From an uncultured bacterium (GTDB taxonomy: Bacteria > Verrucomicrobiota > Verrucomicrobiia > Verrucomicrobiales > DEV007), in the NCBI GenBank assembly GCA_963977015.1, contig CAXBMO010000004.1:64001-128000 (forward strand): DNA of 64,000 bases, written 5' to 3'. The notes under the pieces are model-generated. The model was not told the origin of the DNA. It was given only the letters and a program-made list of their open reading frames with translations, and ran no database searches. The position numbers were made by a program, and so were the translations under genes. Of this stretch, positions 1-9,519 are shown piece after piece (position 1 is the stretch's first letter; the number at the start of each line of letters is the position of its first letter).

Positions 1-815
1 ACATCGGCGGTATTGCCCTCCACCACGAAGCCGTCGCCATTCTTGTAACGGCCCTTCTGCAGGGGCATGAGGTTGTTCGCCGCCAGGCAATTTTCGAAGA
101 CGAACGCCGTGTTGGGCGCGCCTCCGTTGTTGACGAAGAACCCAAACGGCAACAGCTCCGTTTTGGTTTCCCAATCGGCGTCGCCTTCCGAACAGTCGGC
201 AACGCAATCTCGGACCGTGACGCGGTCGCAGCCTTCCTCAAAGCGAAAGGCGTGCTTGGTGTAGCGTTTCAAATCGCAGGCCTCCAACCGCAGATCATCG
301 GCGTCTGAAACATAAAACCCGTGGCGAACGTAATCGACGTCCACGTCCTCGAAAACAACGTTCGAGCTGGCCGCCCCGCCGTCGCCTGCCGCCGAAATTC
401 TGACGCCCGTCATGTAGCGGCGAAGGCGCAGCCCCTGGAAGATCACCTGCGAAACACCAGGCTCGATCCGAATGGCCGTCGCGCCCTTCGAGGGTTTGTC
501 CTCTGACCAGGTTGATTCGAAAACCGGCAGGCCCTGACCGCGATCGACGCCGAGAATGCGCTTGGGACGTTGCTCCTCGCCGCCCTCGGAAATGGTCAGC
601 CTCACATCGCGATAAACGCCGCCGCCGAGGTGCAGACTGTCGCCGGGTTGCAGCGTCTGGTTGACGATCTCCCCGATTTTCGCCGGTTTCAAAGCATGGT
701 CCCAATCGCGACCGTCCCCGTCTCCGGCGCCTTCCGGCGTCATGAAATAATCCTTGGCCGAGACGGCCGCCGGGAAGGTCAGAAGGAGAAGCAGAGTGAC
801 AAGTTTCGACATCAT
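1..815 (-). CDS. Secreted right-handed parallel beta-helix (pectin-lyase-fold) protein; runs off the window's left edge
   Basis: Not in the ORF track; translated by hand from ATG at 815: MMSKLVTLLLLLTFPAAVSA|KDYFMTPEGAGDGDGRDWDHA...LQPGDSLHLGGGVY...NGDGFVVEGN, open to position 1. Signal peptide plus the 'YvtP.GaG..dG.sW..A...PGD.v.l..G.Y' start typical of beta-helix enzymes. Confidence 0.8.
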   Translation of the reverse strand, partial: MMSKLVTLLLLLTFPAAVSAKDYFMTPEGAGDGDGRDWDHALKPAKIGEIVNQTLQPGDSLHLGGGVYRDVRLTISEGGEEQRPKRILGVDRGQGLPVFESTWSEDKPSKGATAIRIEPGVSQVIFQGLRLRRYMTGVRISAAGDGGAASSNVVFEDVDVDYVRHGFYVSDADDLRLEACDLKRYTKHAFRFEEGCDRVTVRDCVADCSEGDADWETKTELLPFGFFVNNGGAPNTAFVFENCLAANNLMPLQKGRYKNGDGFVVEGNTAD

Positions 816-873
816 CGCTGAGCCTGTCACAAGCGTGAAGATCGTTCAAGTACCAGTGCAACAGGGTGAACGC

Positions 874-2274
874 TCATTTTCCGCGTCCGGCCTCGAGCTT
901 CGCCGCAAGCTCCCGGACGATCTCCGCGTAGGCGGGGTCGTCGGCCACGTTGACGTTTTCGCCCGGATCCGTTTCGTGATCGTAGAGCATGTGGCCGGCC
1001 ACCCGATTCTTCGCCTTGGCGTAAACCGTGTAGCGATAGCGGTCGGTGCGGATGGTGTCGCCATGGCCAAACCGGCTGATTGCGGCGTCCTTCACCGACG
1101 CGTTTTCCGGCTGCTGCAAAATCGGAACGAGCGAAGTGCCCTGGAGATGATCCGGCTTCGGAATTCCCGCGAGGTCGCAGAGCGTCGGATAGACGTCGAT
1201 GAATTCCGTCAACGCCGGCGTCGCCGCATTGTCGGCCAGCCCGCTGGATTTCGGCGCAGCGAAGAAGAGCGGAGCGCGGACCGAGGTCTCGAAGCAGCTA
1301 TGCTTACACCACAGGGTATGCTCGCCCAGGTTCCAGCCGTGGTCGCCCCACAGAACCACGATGGTGTTCTCCCCGAGCTCCAATTCGTCGAACGCAGCCA
1401 TGACCCGGCCAATGCAGGCGTCGGTGTAGCTCGTCGCCGCATAGTAGCCCCGGATCAATTCCCGCGCTTTCGCCTCCGGCAGAACGCCTTTCTTGGGAAT
1501 GTCCGAATAGGCCCGCAGTTCGCCGGAATTGTGGACCGCTCCCGGCGGCGCGTTTTTCGGCGGGAAGTAGTTGTCCGGCATTTGGATCGAATCGGCCGGA
1601 TACGGCTCGTAGTGGCGGCCCGGGGCGACGAAGGGCAGGTGCGGTTTGAAAAAGCCGACCGCGAGGAAAAACGGCTCGTCTTGGCCGGCCAGCTTATGCA
1701 GTTGGGCAATGGCCTGGTCCGCGGTTTTGCCGTCACCATAGAAATCGTCCGGAACCTCACCGCCGTTCTCCCAGGACGGCCCCCGCGAGCGGCCCTTGGC
1801 GTCCCTGACCCGGGCGGCGTTGGCTTCGTCCGTGGCGTAGGCCTGGGCCTGGGGCCGCCACGGCTTTTCCGACCAACCCTGAACGTTGTCGTCGGGGTGG
1901 TGAAAAATCTTGCCTAACGAAACGGTGTAATAGCTGTGATTCTTGAAATGGGTGTTCAGCGTGGTGACGCCCGGGGCGTCCTTGCTGGCCCGCGTCAGGT
2001 AACTCGTGAACCGGCTCGGGCTCGGCCGCAGCCCGCTCATCAGCGCGGCCCGCGAGGCTCCGCAGGTCGGCACCATGCAGTAGGCGCGCTCGAACCGGAC
2101 CCCGCGCCGCATCAGCGCGTCGACGTTCGGAGTCAGCATCTGTTTCGCGCCGAAGCTGGCCAGTTCCGGCCGGAGATCGTCCACCGCGAGAAAAAGGACG
2201 TTGGGTTTCTCTGCTGCGGCGATGGCGGAGAGACCGGCGAGCAGGATGCCGGCCAGGATTCGGGATGGGGTCAT
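874..2274 (-). CDS. Sulfatase (S1, iduronate-2-sulfatase-like), secreted
   Basis: Signal peptide, NVLFLAVDDLR, CGASRAALMSG (CxAxR variant of the FGly motif), GKIFH, KPHLPF, WGDHG. Confidence 0.92.
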   Translation of the reverse strand: MTPSRILAGILLAGLSAIAAAEKPNVLFLAVDDLRPELASFGAKQMLTPNVDALMRRGVRFERAYCMVPTCGASRAALMSGLRPSPSRFTSYLTRASKDAPGVTTLNTHFKNHSYYTVSLGKIFHHPDDNVQGWSEKPWRPQAQAYATDEANAARVRDAKGRSRGPSWENGGEVPDDFYGDGKTADQAIAQLHKLAGQDEPFFLAVGFFKPHLPFVAPGRHYEPYPADSIQMPDNYFPPKNAPPGAVHNSGELRAYSDIPKKGVLPEAKARELIRGYYAATSYTDACIGRVMAAFDELELGENTIVVLWGDHGWNLGEHTLWCKHSCFETSVRAPLFFAAPKSSGLADNAATPALTEFIDVYPTLCDLAGIPKPDHLQGTSLVPILQQPENASVKDAAISRFGHGDTIRTDRYRYTVYAKAKNRVAGHMLYDHETDPGENVNVADDPAYAEIVRELAAKLEAGRGK

Positions 2275-2450
2275 GGCTGAGGGATTTTTTGGGTCGATGG
2301 ACAGGAAAGACCCAGCATAGCCAGATTCATCCCTTCAGCCAGCGCCGGTTCACCGGGAAGGATCTGGCGTTGCGCATCTCCAGACAGCTCGCCGGTGGAA
2401 ACCGCCGGAAACCCTGCCAGGAATCTTCGATGGCGGGGCGGACGCCCAGC

Positions 2451-4382
2451 CTAATTGAGTTTCGGAGATCCGGGGACGCCTTCGCTCATGAGCTGCTTGA
2501 GTTCATCCAGATGACTGGTGTAGACATCCCTGGGCAAGCAGCCGTGTTCTTTCATGATGCCATTTGCCATGCCGATGACTTCGCCCATCATGCCGGTGGT
2601 TCTCATCACCCGAACGGTCCCGAGCGCCACATGGGAGACGCTGATGTTTCTTCCCGCCATCATGAGATTCGCCACGTTGCGCGAATAAAAGCAGCGGTAG
2701 GGAATCGGATACGGAGTGATCTCGAGGAGGTGAGCCGTGGATTGGAACGCATCGCAGGCGCAGACGGGATCCTTGGGGTAATGCAGGTCAATGGTCCAGG
2801 TGGTGGTCACCGATGCATCCGGATAGGGTTTGGCTTCGACGATATCCTGCTGCCTCAGGATGAAGTCCCCCATGAGCCGGCGGGACTCCCGCTTGCCGCC
2901 GATGTAGGCAACCCAATTGAGTTTTCTCTTCCCGTAACTTTTCCGCCATTCCGGATCGGGATTGTTCTTGAGAACGCTCCAGTTCCCAAAGACCACCCGC
3001 AGGGCGTAGTCACGAATTTCCTCGATCTGAGTCGCATGATTCAAGCGGGCGCCGGTTTCCCAGTCCCAGTCGCCCCGGATGGATTGGACACAGGTTTCGT
3101 TGGTAAAACCAATCGCCCACGGGGTTGCAGGAAAGCCTGATTCTTCAGCCGCTTCCTGCGTATTCCATTGCACCGAGGTTCCCATGACCAATTCGTCCTC
3201 AACCGAGGGAGCCAGATCCTCACCCGTTTGGTCTTTCGACTCCCGACCGATCCTGAAATCCGCGTTCGCGAGAAATCCGATATTGCCGTCGCCGGTACAG
3301 TCGGCAAAGATCTTGCCCCTCACCCGGATCTTTTCGCCGGTGCGGGTATTGCGCCCCATTACCGCCGTGATTTGGTCGCCTCCCATTTCAACGCCATTGG
3401 CGCGAGTGTTGAGAAAAAGGGTAATGTTCTTTTCGGCGAGAACCAACTTGAGCTTTTTCTCGTCCCCATAGTTCGAAGCAGGGCCGGCATTGTGGGTCTT
3501 CTTTTCCGGATATTTCCCGATGATCTGCTTCACCTCCCGGCTTCGCTCGAGCTCCGGTCGTTTGTTGGCATCCCAAAGAGTCCAGTGCCCGACAGGATCC
3601 AGCTGATCGACGAGATTTCCGAGTTCAGGATAGGGCTTCTGCCGGATCAGGCCTGACAAGCCGACCCGGACCTCCGAGCTGTTGTTCCCCCCCAAAACGG
3701 GGCGGTCCTGGATGAAGGCGACCTTGCAGCCATATCGGGCGGAAGAAATGGCGGCGCAAATCCCTGCCATCCCTCCACCAACGACCACAAGGTCAAATTC
3801 TCCCTGGTCCTGCACTTCCGTCTGATGCGGCAAAAGTCGCTCTCGCAGGACTTCAATCTCCTTAAGAGAATCGCCGGGTCGCTGATCAACCTTATCGGTT
3901 ACGAGAATCGCATCGCAACGGCCGTTGAAACCGGTGAGATCATGCAGGGCCAGCGTGTGTTCACCCGCGGCGAGATTGATGATTCCCCCATCCTGCCAGT
4001 GCCAATCTGCACCATGTTCGCCGAAGAGGGTTTCGAGAGGCTGGTTGTCGATTGCAAGATGGAAGATTCCCGGAGATCCCGTGGCTTTCATCGGCCCTTG
4101 GAATTGCTCACTCTTCCATTTCCCGACCCAGTCACGGGTGCGGACCCAAATCCGATGCTCGCCGCCTTTGCGGATGTGAATTTTGGTATGGGCATCCCTG
4201 ACTTGTTCCCCGAGTCCATGCGCCATGAGATAGGGGGAACCCATTTGGTCCATCGATTGTTGATCGACGACCCAACCTCCGATTTCGGTGAAACTTTCGG
4301 CGTCGATCAGTTGCTCGTCTGCTCGGGCGGGCGCCAGAAGTGCGCAAATAATCCCGGTGAATCCAATGATTGTGTTCTTCAT
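2451..4382 (-). CDS. Secreted FAD-dependent oxidoreductase (PF12831-like) with N-terminal beta-sandwich domain
   Basis: Signal peptide from ATG 4382, DLVVVGGGMAG dinucleotide motif, LGGNNSSE, DCTGDG, RESRR, IPYR, AGRNIS, RVMRT. Confidence 0.88.
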   Translation of the reverse strand: MKNTIIGFTGIICALLAPARADEQLIDAESFTEIGGWVVDQQSMDQMGSPYLMAHGLGEQVRDAHTKIHIRKGGEHRIWVRTRDWVGKWKSEQFQGPMKATGSPGIFHLAIDNQPLETLFGEHGADWHWQDGGIINLAAGEHTLALHDLTGFNGRCDAILVTDKVDQRPGDSLKEIEVLRERLLPHQTEVQDQGEFDLVVVGGGMAGICAAISSARYGCKVAFIQDRPVLGGNNSSEVRVGLSGLIRQKPYPELGNLVDQLDPVGHWTLWDANKRPELERSREVKQIIGKYPEKKTHNAGPASNYGDEKKLKLVLAEKNITLFLNTRANGVEMGGDQITAVMGRNTRTGEKIRVRGKIFADCTGDGNIGFLANADFRIGRESKDQTGEDLAPSVEDELVMGTSVQWNTQEAAEESGFPATPWAIGFTNETCVQSIRGDWDWETGARLNHATQIEEIRDYALRVVFGNWSVLKNNPDPEWRKSYGKRKLNWVAYIGGKRESRRLMGDFILRQQDIVEAKPYPDASVTTTWTIDLHYPKDPVCACDAFQSTAHLLEITPYPIPYRCFYSRNVANLMMAGRNISVSHVALGTVRVMRTTGMMGEVIGMANGIMKEHGCLPRDVYTSHLDELKQLMSEGVPGSPKLN

Positions 4383-4667
4383 GGCCAAGTTGGCGGTTGG
4401 GAATCTCTCCTATCTTTCAAAGCCATGGTTCACGCCGCAGACAACCCGATCGGGTTGAATGGCATCCATCGAAAGAATGAATAGAAGTAAGAAAGGGAGG
4501 TGATTTCGTTCCAGCTTATTTATTGACATGACCACTGGAGTCAAGCTCGACTTTTGCAGGTTACACCCTGCATCTATCGAAGTTGCGCAGTGTGTTTCCA
4601 AGCATGATCTCGCCAGCAACCATCGAATGGCTCAAGGAAAGCAGGAACAGAATCAGAAGCCTCGGTG

Positions 4668-5540
4668 TCATTTTCCTTCAGAATTCGAATGAAATTGGAG
4701 CCCCTTGATCCCGACTTGTTTGAACATCCCGGTCATGTCGTGGCCGATGTTTGGGATCGCTTCAAAGTCGCTCGACACGCCAAGGTCTAACAAAAAGGCA
4801 TGGAAAGCTTTTGCGCCTTCAAATCCCCGATCTTTTTCCCCAGAGACAATTCGCACCCTTGTTTGGCCAAGTTTCTCTACGTTTTCCCGGGCGATGGTCG
4901 CCACATGATCCGGCTTCAATTTCCCCTGAACACGGACTCCGCCAGGAGCGTAGGCGAGCACCGAGCTGAAGAGATTTGGATACGTAAACGCCAACGCCAG
5001 ACAACCTCCACCTCCCATCGACATTCCTCCGATCCACCTGTGTTCGCGGCCGGCGATGGTTCGATAGGTGGCGTCAATGTGAGGAATCAGATCCTTGATG
5101 ATCATGCTCTCGACTTTCATGTGTTGGGAATCCTTATAGCCCGAGTTCTTCATCGGATTCGGCCACACCAAGATCATGGGGAGAATGACCTCTTTCTCGA
5201 TCGCAGGCGTGAGATGCTCAGCCCACCGCTCTTGCTGACTATTTTCGTCATTCCCGCTGCCACCCAGAAAGTATTGGACGGGATAACGCTCCGAGCCGGT
5301 GTGATACCCGGGAGGCAGATAGATCGTGAAGCCGACTTCTACGTTGTTGGATTTGCTGAGGAACGAATGGTGCTCAACCCCCTGTCGATAGCGGCTTTCG
5401 GGGAGTGGATTATTCCAATCGCAGATGACTTCAATGTCCCGCAGGGGGACATTCTCTGTTTCCTCACCCAGGATTGGAGAGCAACTCAGAAGGGCGATAC
5501 CGAGTCCCCATCGGAAAAACCGTCTTTTTCTCGTGTTCAT
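4668..5540 (-). CDS. Esterase, alpha/beta hydrolase (CE1/Fes-like)
   Basis: IYLPPGY, YPVQYFLGG, nucleophile GGMSMGG, C-terminal GH. Start moved to ATG 5540 (MNTRKRRFF... signal peptide). Confidence 0.85.
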   Translation of the reverse strand: MNTRKRRFFRWGLGIALLSCSPILGEETENVPLRDIEVICDWNNPLPESRYRQGVEHHSFLSKSNNVEVGFTIYLPPGYHTGSERYPVQYFLGGSGNDENSQQERWAEHLTPAIEKEVILPMILVWPNPMKNSGYKDSQHMKVESMIIKDLIPHIDATYRTIAGREHRWIGGMSMGGGGCLALAFTYPNLFSSVLAYAPGGVRVQGKLKPDHVATIARENVEKLGQTRVRIVSGEKDRGFEGAKAFHAFLLDLGVSSDFEAIPNIGHDMTGMFKQVGIKGLQFHSNSEGK

Positions 5541-5819
5541 ACTCGACTGACACTCCTGAGGAACGCTGGTTCTTCCTCTTAATCCTCTAAATGCGCAGTC
5601 AAAATTTTTAGTATCCCTGTTAGTTTTCGGATGATGCAGTAGGGTCGTCATGACCTTCGATGGGAAGGCGAGCCGGGTCTCTGTGAATGGAAAATTTGTC
5701 GCTGAAAAAGGCGATAATCCCTATCTGCTGAAAGGTGGGCTTTTCAAGGGTAAGACTGATTTCACGTTGGCGCGGTCGCGATTTCGCAACCGCGACCTTT
5801 CGTTGGAGTTCAATGACTC

Positions 5820-6845
5820 ATGAGACCTGCCATTTTCGCAGCAAGCCTGTCGCTGTTTTTCACCTCGATTCTTTTGGCTCAGTCTCCTCAGAGACTCGCC
5901 GACTACCTGACACAAAATCCCGATGCCGACACCAATGGCGACGGAGTTCTTTCGATAGAGGAAGCGAAAGCTCACCGAGGCATGAAGCGCAACCCGACGA
6001 CTGGAGACAACCTCGCGGCTCGAAGTGTCATTCCTGGCGCGAAAGTTTCCCTGACCGATTCCCCCATCGAGGAAGTCGCCCTTCGATCCGAAGACGGCGT
6101 CGATTTGAGTTTCGTATGGAGAAAACCGGCGGGAGATGGCCCCTTCCCTGCCATTATTTTTCTCCACGGCGGCGGAAATACGGCGTCCATGCAGGACCTT
6201 CGAACGAGCGTGAGATCGGAGCCTGTTCAGACTCGATTTCTGGAAAATGGCTACCTCATCGCCGCATCCACCCGGCGTCCCTTTTGGAAATCACGAGGCA
6301 AAGATCGCCCCTTCGGATTCGATGAAGCGGTTCAGGACACGAAATTGATTCTGGAAAAAATCCGCACCCTTCCTGAAGTCGATCCGAACAAAATTACACT
6401 TTACGGAGGCAGCGGCGGCGGGATCCTCGCAATCGGAACCGCAGCCGTTGACAACGAGGTCGCCGCCGTGATTGCTGGGGAACCGGCCACCGTGATTCCT
6501 CTCGATCCCCGGAGCAAAACCGGCGAAATCACCGGCTCGCGGGATTATGAAGCCTTGATGCAGGATCCCCTTCCTTTATACACCGCCGAAAGGCGCGAGG
6601 AAACACGCGCTTGGATGAACAAGATCGAATGTCCGGTTCTCATTCTGCAAGGGAAGCCCGTTCTTCTCTATAAAGTGAATTTCGAAATTCTGATTCCCGA
6701 AATGAAGGCTCTCGGAAAGGACATCTCCAGCATCACCTATCCGGGAATGGTCCACGGCTTTTACTGGGGAAAAACCAAAACCGGCGCGACTCTCGAAACC
6801 GTCGAAAAGGTAGTCGATGATTCGTTGCGATTTTTGGCACGATAG
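5820..6845 (+). CDS. Secreted alpha/beta hydrolase with N-terminal EF-hand-like motif
   Basis: Signal peptide, DTNGDGVLSIEE, FLHGGG, GGSGGG nucleophile elbow, HGF. Confidence 0.85.
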   Translation: MRPAIFAASLSLFFTSILLAQSPQRLADYLTQNPDADTNGDGVLSIEEAKAHRGMKRNPTTGDNLAARSVIPGAKVSLTDSPIEEVALRSEDGVDLSFVWRKPAGDGPFPAIIFLHGGGNTASMQDLRTSVRSEPVQTRFLENGYLIAASTRRPFWKSRGKDRPFGFDEAVQDTKLILEKIRTLPEVDPNKITLYGGSGGGILAIGTAAVDNEVAAVIAGEPATVIPLDPRSKTGEITGSRDYEALMQDPLPLYTAERREETRAWMNKIECPVLILQGKPVLLYKVNFEILIPEMKALGKDISSITYPGMVHGFYWGKTKTGATLETVEKVVDDSLRFLAR

Positions 6846-6874
6846 TTTTGGCTCCCAGCGGGATAACCTCGCTC

Positions 6875-9316
6875 TTATTTCAAAGGCGAGCTCCAGGCTT
6901 CCGGCTGATCCAATGCTCCGACGGCTTTCACCAGACAACGAATCTCGGTTCCCGCCTCCGCCTCACCCAAAGTGAAGTGGTTCCGAGGCCCCCAGGTGAG
7001 TGGATACCCATCCGAAAACCAGAAATAGCGAATATCGCGGATTCCCACCAAGTTGGGATCACAGGTAATGGTACTGCCAGCGGTATTGGTTCCCGAGAGG
7101 CTCGGTCTGCCGGTGAAGGGTTCGGGCACTTTGGCGATTTCATCGGAGCGTTGGAGGACTTCAATCCAATCCACCACGAAGTCCTGACGCTCTCCATCTT
7201 TCGGTTTTCCGTGACTGGCTTTCAGGGCGTAGTTGAATTGCAGGTCGATCCGCTCCAGGTAGATCGGAGCGGTGGGGCACCGGCAAACCTCGACCCACTG
7301 ATCCCGGCCTTGCTCATCCACAATCGTCACGTTGATGTAGGTCATGTCCCGATCCATCACAAATTCCCAGGTGTGGAATTTCCCGTCCCAGAAATAGAGA
7401 CCGCCGGGAATCTTGCTCTTCTCTTCTGTCAGTTCACCGCCGTAAACCTTGAAGCGATTGTAACTATTGGTGTTCCTCGCGAAAATATTGCTGTCGCCCT
7501 TGAAGTAGGGATAGTGATAGTGCGTGGATAGTCCGTTGAGCCATTTTCCGTTCTGCCCATCGAACTCAAAGTAGTCAATCTCGATGCGGTTGGAAGTTCG
7601 CCAGATGAGGTTTTCCGTTCCGTAAGACCAGAATGCGGGGAAGAGGCCGCGGGTCAGCTCTTTTTGTGGAATGTCAGGAAACATGCAGCGTATCCTAACA
7701 ATCTTGGGGCCGTCCCAGGTATATCCGTGGCCGAGATCGTTGACGCTATATAAAGCACTCCCCCGCCAGCGCTTATTGCTCTGTTGAACTAATGAAACGA
7801 TCTGCTTCTTATCTTCAGCATCGTGGGGATAGGCATTCGGTGAATCGCCGGGGGTGAGAACCTGGGCATCGCCTCCCACTGCGATGTTAAATCCCGGCCC
7901 CAACCAGAGATCGCCGGCTCCACTGGTGCTGGCCGCGGTGCGATTGGCGCGAAAGTCATCAAGAAATACCCGCTCAAACCCTTCAATTTCGACGCGGGGG
8001 CCACCTGCATTGACGCGGGTGACGCTTTTGTCTTTGGTCATTTGCCCCCAGGCATTCCATACTTTGTCGTTATGGTTGTAGCGATCCGGAAAGTCTTCCG
8101 CATCGAGAACGGGACGAACGGTTCTGTGGGGGTGATCCTCCGGCAAATTCTCCGCGAAACCCAGTCGATGAGCCGCCCAACCCGTCATTTTGCGAACCAT
8201 GGCTTCGGAGGGTTCCGTCAGGCCAAAAACCAGGGAGTCGTAGGCCCATTCCATGTTTCCTCTATTGTTCTCATCCCCAAGATAAGAGAAACTATCTCGC
8301 AGCCACTCGCCTGAAAATCGGGGAAGTTGCTCGCTCGCGGTCGAGAGTGGCCTCCCATTGACAGAAGCAACCATCTGACCATAGCGAATTCCGCAAACCA
8401 AAACATTCCAAGTCTCTCCGTCAGCAACGATGTCTTTCGTCGTCATGAGTCGCTCATCGAGCCCGCCTTCATTGAGACCAACATATCGGATATTCAGGCC
8501 GCTCTCTTTGTGAAACCAAATTTTGGGTGACGAATAGTTGGATGACTTACCCCGGTTCAAGTCCAAAAGAATGGTCTGATCGCCGGCCCCGGAATTCCCA
8601 TCGATTCGAAACGTGAAGAGACACCAACGATAATCCCAAGGGGCGTCGCGGCGCCCCGGCATTTTCAAAAACTGACCGGAATTCGCCGCGAAGGTGACGC
8701 CGTTACCCGGTTCCAAAAGGTTTGGCTGAACGCCTGCAGACTCTTGGGCCGCCTCGAGTCGAACGGTTCCTCTTGGGGAATGTTTCGCCACCGCACCGGG
8801 GGCGACGTCTTCTTGAAAGTAAGCGCTGGAAAGCCATTCCGGAAAGATATCCAACGCCCAGGGGATTTTCTGGTCACTGGCGAGGATGGTTTTCGGAACG
8901 AGAAGCGACAACGGTGGCCGGCCTACCGTTTGCTCGAGAATCGTGACCTTGCCGTCTCCGTTGGCATCGAACGAGACGTTTTTCTCGGATTGCGCCGCAT
9001 CATCCGTAGGAGCCGTGTTGTCCGAAAAATCTTCCTGGTAGTCGGAGGATGCCTTGGAGATTGCGGCCGTGTTCTTATTCAGAACCGTTTGCAGGTCCGG
9101 GCACTCCTGGAGAAACACATCCAGCATGGCTTTGCGTTCCCCGTCGTCATAAAGGCCGTTTCCGTCGGCATCCAGCTCACTCAACAAGTGAAAGGATTGA
9201 CCCGATTCATGATCGTCGTGATTCTTGCATCCCCACATCGCCACCGAGAGGCAGAAAACGAGAATCCGTCTGCTACGTTGCATCCTTGGTTGGTCTGCCC
9301 TTTTCATCGTTTTCAT
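6875..9316 (-). CDS. Multidomain secreted protein: EF-hand-like motifs, jelly-roll-like domain, GH16-like catalytic domain, C-terminal Ig-like domain
   Basis: DADGNGLYDDGE and DANGDGKVTILE; GLFPAFWSYG followed by EIDYFE (7565-7582) and FHTWEF, matching GH16 E-[IL]-D-x-x-E. Start uncertain (9316 or 9307); possible lipobox MWGC. Confidence 0.7.
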   Translation of the reverse strand: MKTMKRADQPRMQRSRRILVFCLSVAMWGCKNHDDHESGQSFHLLSELDADGNGLYDDGERKAMLDVFLQECPDLQTVLNKNTAAISKASSDYQEDFSDNTAPTDDAAQSEKNVSFDANGDGKVTILEQTVGRPPLSLLVPKTILASDQKIPWALDIFPEWLSSAYFQEDVAPGAVAKHSPRGTVRLEAAQESAGVQPNLLEPGNGVTFAANSGQFLKMPGRRDAPWDYRWCLFTFRIDGNSGAGDQTILLDLNRGKSSNYSSPKIWFHKESGLNIRYVGLNEGGLDERLMTTKDIVADGETWNVLVCGIRYGQMVASVNGRPLSTASEQLPRFSGEWLRDSFSYLGDENNRGNMEWAYDSLVFGLTEPSEAMVRKMTGWAAHRLGFAENLPEDHPHRTVRPVLDAEDFPDRYNHNDKVWNAWGQMTKDKSVTRVNAGGPRVEIEGFERVFLDDFRANRTAASTSGAGDLWLGPGFNIAVGGDAQVLTPGDSPNAYPHDAEDKKQIVSLVQQSNKRWRGSALYSVNDLGHGYTWDGPKIVRIRCMFPDIPQKELTRGLFPAFWSYGTENLIWRTSNRIEIDYFEFDGQNGKWLNGLSTHYHYPYFKGDSNIFARNTNSYNRFKVYGGELTEEKSKIPGGLYFWDGKFHTWEFVMDRDMTYINVTIVDEQGRDQWVEVCRCPTAPIYLERIDLQFNYALKASHGKPKDGERQDFVVDWIEVLQRSDEIAKVPEPFTGRPSLSGTNTAGSTITCDPNLVGIRDIRYFWFSDGYPLTWGPRNHFTLGEAEAGTEIRCLVKAVGALDQPEAWSSPLK

Positions 9317-9519
9317 AGCGGAAACGGGCAGTATAGAAACGACTTCTCTCCGCGTCCATAGCGTTGTTCGAATATTGCGGCCCCAATCGAATGGCGTTGT
9401 CCTTTCGGGAGCATGCTCATCCCGTTGCAGACAATCTCGCGCCAACACGACACCGGCGTTTCGACTTTCGTCGAGGATTGACTCATTCGCGGTTGACGAC
9501 GGTCCCGGTGAAATGAAGC

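Noticed and set aside
295-861. 188-aa minus-strand ORF in the track
   Set aside because: Wrong frame; the credible gene is the frame starting at 815.
2040-2075. CxAxR sulfatase motif as a novelty
   Set aside because: A known variant of the CxPxR formylglycine motif.
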